This document shows positions 60,101-64,000 of a stretch of 64,000 nt of DNA, piece after piece (the stretch's first letter is position 1; every line of letters starts with the position of its first letter). The stretch is from NCBI RefSeq assembly GCF_964204645.1, contig NC_134034.1:11296962-11360961 (forward strand), given 5' to 3'. Source of the stretch: Tubulanus polymorphus. Lineage: Eukaryota > Animalia > Nemertea. The translations under genes were made by a program, and so were the position numbers. The notes beneath the pieces are model-generated. The model was not told the origin of the DNA. It did not search any database and saw nothing but the letters and a program-made list of their open reading frames with translations.

Positions 60101-62328
60101 TCGCCCCGCAATAACTTACCCTCATTCCGAACGACTGCATTCGTAGCGCCACCTCTTTTCCGATTCGCCCGAGTCCGATAATCGCGAGCGTTTTACCCTG
60201 AACCTCGTTGCCCATGTATTTCTTGCGATCCCATTTTCCGGCTTGCATCGACGTGTGACCTTGGGGAATATGCCGACTCAAGGCGAGTATCATCGCACAC
60301 GTGTGTTCAGCTGCACTGATAGTATTACCACCCGGAGTACTTGACATTGAAATTGAAGAAAAAATTTTTTTTTTTTCAAAAATGTCTCTCACAAAGTTAA
60401 ACTCAAGATTTTTATTCAAAGGATTTAAACTCGATTTAGTTTTCTGCAATTAGTTCGCACGGGGTGATGACCACTTGTTAAAGAAACACGTCCCAAATTT
60501 CTTCCTTTTATAACAGACAATTTCCCGAGTGGATCTAAGGAATTTCTAGATTTAAAATGTTACAATTCATTCATTTTTTATTGAATCACGTATTTGTAAA
60601 GAAACGCGTGGTCAATAGCGAATTATTCGAATTCCAAGAGTTCTTCCAGATTTTTTTCTGATTCCCTGAGTTTTCCAGATCATTATCCACCAAAAAGGTG
60701 ACCTTTTGTAAAGGGCATGTAAAGCCAATGAGCATATTACATAAGGATTTGAAGCTGAATGAATTATTACGGTATTAAAAATGTTTATTCGAAGATAAAT
60801 GAGTTGGTAAAGTGAAAAGCAGATGAGAGCCCCTTGTAATCCAATAAATGAATGGTTTCTTTTTCAACTTACTTCATGACGATGACGCCTTTTTTCGTGG
60901 CTGTTTTCGTATCGATATTATCGACTCCGGTTCCCGCTCGTCCGATAATCTTTAGATTCGTCGCCGCGTCGAGAATTTCGCTCGTTACTTTCGTCGCCGA
61001 CCGCACGATCAGACCATCGTAATTCTGCGCGCAGACGGACGGAAAGATTTAGAAATTTACGATAAGTTCTTTTTTCAAACAAGAATTGATTAGGCCCTAT
61101 TATTTTCATGCAGGGTTAGTTTAACAAGGTTGATTCAGAGCTAGAATCAAAATTCTTTCATTTCTAAATCACATGAGCATTTTTGGCCCGGAATAATTGG
61201 TCACACGGGTGCCAAATGGGCCTAAGCCTGTTAGGCCTGGGCCAAATTCGGTCCGACCAAAAACGTCAGACCAGGCCCGAGCCAAATTTTAGCACCAGAC
61301 AAATGATTGTTTGAATTGCAACTGGCACCGAAAATGATCCACTTAGCTTTGTTTGAGCATTGTTGAGTATTGAGTGAATGGTTTGCGTGTGAACGCGCTC
61401 TCTAATTAGGCACTGGCCAAATTTGGCCCAAGCCTGATCCGAGCCAATTTGGCCCGGGCCAAATCGTGTCCGTGCGATTTTACGCGCGCTAGCAATCCCA
61501 ACACCTTGTTCCCTGACTATATAGTTTTTTACATATTCCCTGAATTTTTTAAAGGAAAAAAATTCCACGACTTTTACCTGATTCCCAGGTAGCCTCTCTT
61601 TCTGTATACAAATATACTCCATTAAACTATCTTAATTTTAAATTGGCGGAAATATTTTTGTACAAAAACTGAAGAGTTGCTTATCAATTTATATTGCCGA
61701 GTTGGTATAAAAAGATTTAGATATAGATTTTTTTACATTTTACTAATACAACTTAATAAATATTTGGTCAGTAAATTTTATGGAATTAATCGGGACAAAT
61801 AGTTTCGCTGAATTGATAATCAAAATGTCTCGATAACCAGGCATTTTGATCGATTTAAAAATTGATAAGGCCTTACATGTTCGCTAGTTCGCTAAATGAT
61901 GACAGCTTGGGATAGTTTACAATTTTACACCATAAGTTAGCTATCTGAATAATTAGCTATTTTATAAGTTAAGTTTTTAGGAAAACCAAAAAATGTTTGG
62001 GTAGGTGCATTTGAACTTCTTTTAAATTAATAATTACTGAAATTTATAAATAAGTTGATTATCAACTGATCACGGACACTTTTTTAATTCGAAGAATTTA
62101 ATCATGCACTGCAGACATGCATAGTTAGTTGATAACTACCTTAATTTCGTCGATCAATTGCTGTTTTGACAATTTCGTATTTTTCACGACGTCGATTCCG
62201 TTTTGTTTTAGAATGTCCACGCATTTCGGGTCGACTTCGTCGCTAATTAACACGTTCTTAATTAAAACAGGCATCGCGTATTGAGTTTGTAGAGAGCGGG
62301 TGTGAATTCTGACGACACGCGTTAACAT
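54101..62328 (-). CDS. PHGDH: D-3-phosphoglycerate dehydrogenase; 10 exons, 551 aa from ATG 62328 or 533 aa from ATG 62274
   Basis: Exons on - strand: 62328-62140, 61024-60873, 60339-60120, 59902-59770, 59112-58964, 58768-58616, 58279-58141, 57749-57625, 55063-54835, 54267-54101; total 1656 nt. Motifs [56 protein letters not shown] (Rossmann fold), [36 protein letters not shown], followed by a C-terminal regulatory region. Confidence 0.96.
54393..54663. mobile_element. piggyBac-type MITE in a PHGDH intron
   Basis: TTAA|CCCTTTCAGTGC ... GCACTGACAGGG|TTAA. Homologous copy at 59260-59547. Confidence 0.8.
56000..56140. repeat. 16-bp minisatellite GTTGACAGGTTTAATC, about 9 copies
   Basis: Seen directly. 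Confidence 0.85.
57845..57956. mobile_element. MITE family A copy in a PHGDH intron
   Basis: Near reverse complement of 5767-5879 with the same TIRs. Confidence 0.7.
58345..58602. repeat. G-rich GTGAG/GGGGTG low-complexity tract filling PHGDH intron 6
   Basis: Seen directly. Confidence 0.85.
59260..59547. mobile_element. piggyBac-type MITE, second copy, in a PHGDH intron
   Basis: TTAA|CCCTTTCAGGGC ... GCACTGAAAGGG|TTAA. Internal ACACCGCAGTGCGGTGT palindromes shared with 54393-54663. Confidence 0.8.
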
Positions 62329-62831
62329 AGGCTGTCACCGCTTGAATAGACCACGAACACCGTCGACTACTGTGTTTGTACTGACAGCGCGGTGTGGCGG
62401 CGCTTTCAGCTGATTCACAAGCCCTGGCAGTCGAGGAAATTCAAATCTTTATTGGTCCGTTCCTTACATTGCGAATCAGATTTATAGGATTTCGAAGTGT
62501 AGTTTTTTTTGAAATAACACAATAAAAGTGTCTGAACTTTAAAGGAGTATTTATACCAGTTGTAGTTGAAGCGGGATTCGAATCCAACTTCGAAAGTTGG
62601 AGCTTACTGCGGCAGCGGACTCAAGGTCGCGTGGTCGTCAATTCAATTCAAGTTTAATTTATTTGGTACAATTTTTTCTGATTTTTTTATTATTTTGAAG
62701 TGCCCGTAAAGGTTTCTGCTGTAAGAATATCCATTTTAGAAACTGACAGTGGTCCGGTTGATTAATTGACCATCAGCGCAGGCTGTCAAAAAGCAGCTGC
62801 TGTCAAAAATTTGTCCGATGTGGAGTCAGTC
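62329..62831. promoter_or_regulatory. Probable bidirectional promoter between PHGDH and the divergent unknown gene
   Basis: The two start codons are about 0.5 kb apart, head-to-head. ATTGG (CCAAT box) at 62451. Confidence 0.45.
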
Positions 62832-63420
62832 ATGACTGAGATGAATTCAGAAGCCGTAGTAGTAGTAGAAACAGCGGCGGCGGCTCCCGTCGCCACTCCA
62901 GTGATGACTACAACAGATCAGAGGAATTTCGCCGGTAGCAACGGCGAGCAATTTATTTCGCCGGGAATCTTCGAAACTTTTTCACAAACTCGAAACTTCG
63001 CGCAACTTTTACAACTGAAAATCTGGGAATTAGAAGGCGTCTCGTCGCAAAGGTTATGCGAAGAAGAACCTACACCGCACCAGGTTAGTATATAATTAGT
63101 ATTGCTTATGAAAGAAGAGGTTGTCTTTTTTCCAACAAGGAAATCTTTTGAGAAAATATGAATGAATTGTATAGGCCCTAACATTAAAGTTAGTCAGTAA
63201 CCTGTCTGTGGTTTAGTTTCATGATCAGATATTTTCACAAACCACAACTAATGTTGGTATAAGCCCATCCGATTATAAAAAGCTTACCACCAACGATTAG
63301 GTAACTAACTACATTAAAGTGAGTCCTGTACTTGGAAATTTCAGGCGTCACATAGATTTTTTATGTCTTTCTCATAATTTCAGGAGCAACCAAATATTGA
63401 AAAGAAAGAAGTAAAGAAGT
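62832..63420 (+). CDS. 5' part of an unidentified protein-coding gene, running off the window end
   Basis: ATG 62832 opens MTEMNSEAVVVVETAAAAPVATPV...FAQLLQLKIWELEGVSSQRLCEEEPTPHQ, ending at donor CAG|GTTAGT (63083). Acceptor TTTCAG at 63383 gives in-frame EQPNIEKKEVKK, then a donor near 63421-63425. No family recognised. Confidence 0.55.
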
Positions 63421-63653
63421 GTATGTAAGTATTATACCAGTGTGTTTACTGAGATGTAGAAAAATATAACAAAAAAGTTAAAACTTTTGTTTTTCCCTTG
63501 CCTGCATGCCCAAGTGACAATATAACCCCTCCTGATCATGATAATTACACAGATGCTTGTATTTGAAATTTGGAGGTGAACTGTAGCTTAGATCAACCAT
63601 CCATTATCCTACCAGGGATACTGGATGAACTAAGCTACAGTTCACCCCGAAAC

Positions 63654-63980
63654 CATCTTCACCCGTCAAGGGATTTGAACCCACTACGCTAAAGCTGTTC
63701 CCCGAACCCCTTGACCTCACGAGTCGTTGGAGTCGTTACTAGCCGACCAGAATCCGGTCATACCAATCACAGCGCTTGTAACAAACCGTCAGTAGACTTC
63801 TGTTGGTTTTCCCGTTAAATTAACCAATCAGCGAACGTTTTACCGAACAAGGAAGTATTTCGCAAATCGATATATGACGTCACGCGCAACAGCGCCAGTA
63901 ATGAAATCACGCTTCGTGAGGCCAAGGGGCTGGTGGAAGCGAGTTCGGGAGTGATACCGGACCCCTGGCAAGCGAGGATG
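63654..63980 (-). mobile_element. Second copy of the 9-bp-TSD element, nested in a small palindromic MITE
   Basis: Reverse-complement match to 16787-17112. TSD CCCCGAAAC at 63645-63653 and 63981-63989. Confidence 0.85.
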
Positions 63981-64000
63981 CCCCGAAACTTCAAATATGA

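Noticed and set aside
62468-62478. Possible ATF4/CEBP amino-acid response element upstream of PHGDH (TGATTCGCAAT on the - strand)
   Set aside because: Spacing does not match the TGATGnAAn consensus.

Overview
Intron-rich animal genomic DNA, probably a bilaterian invertebrate (inferred from gene content and CTCF-like motifs; the species cannot be read from the sequence). I reconstructed three complete spliced genes by hand, each with consistent exon phases. (1) A 12-exon CRH/DH44-type class B1 GPCR on + (793-42030, about 555 aa) with a 33-kb first intron. (2) An 11-exon Acl4-like TPR protein on + (47981-52142, about 388 aa) whose third intron is U12-type. (3) A 10-exon D-3-phosphoglycerate dehydrogenase on - (62328-54101; 551 aa, or 533 aa from the second ATG). 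The 5' end of an unidentified gene lies head-to-head with PHGDH. Non-coding DNA is full of minisatellites, MITEs and a tRNA-SINE. The most striking signal is a set of minimal type-I hammerhead ribozyme motifs of the Penelope/retrozyme kind on the sense strand of the GPCR introns: a 69-bp tandem array of about 12 units, a single intact motif inside a fold-back element, and a catalytically dead palindromic derivative. There is also a 29-bp tandem array of CTCF consensus sites.
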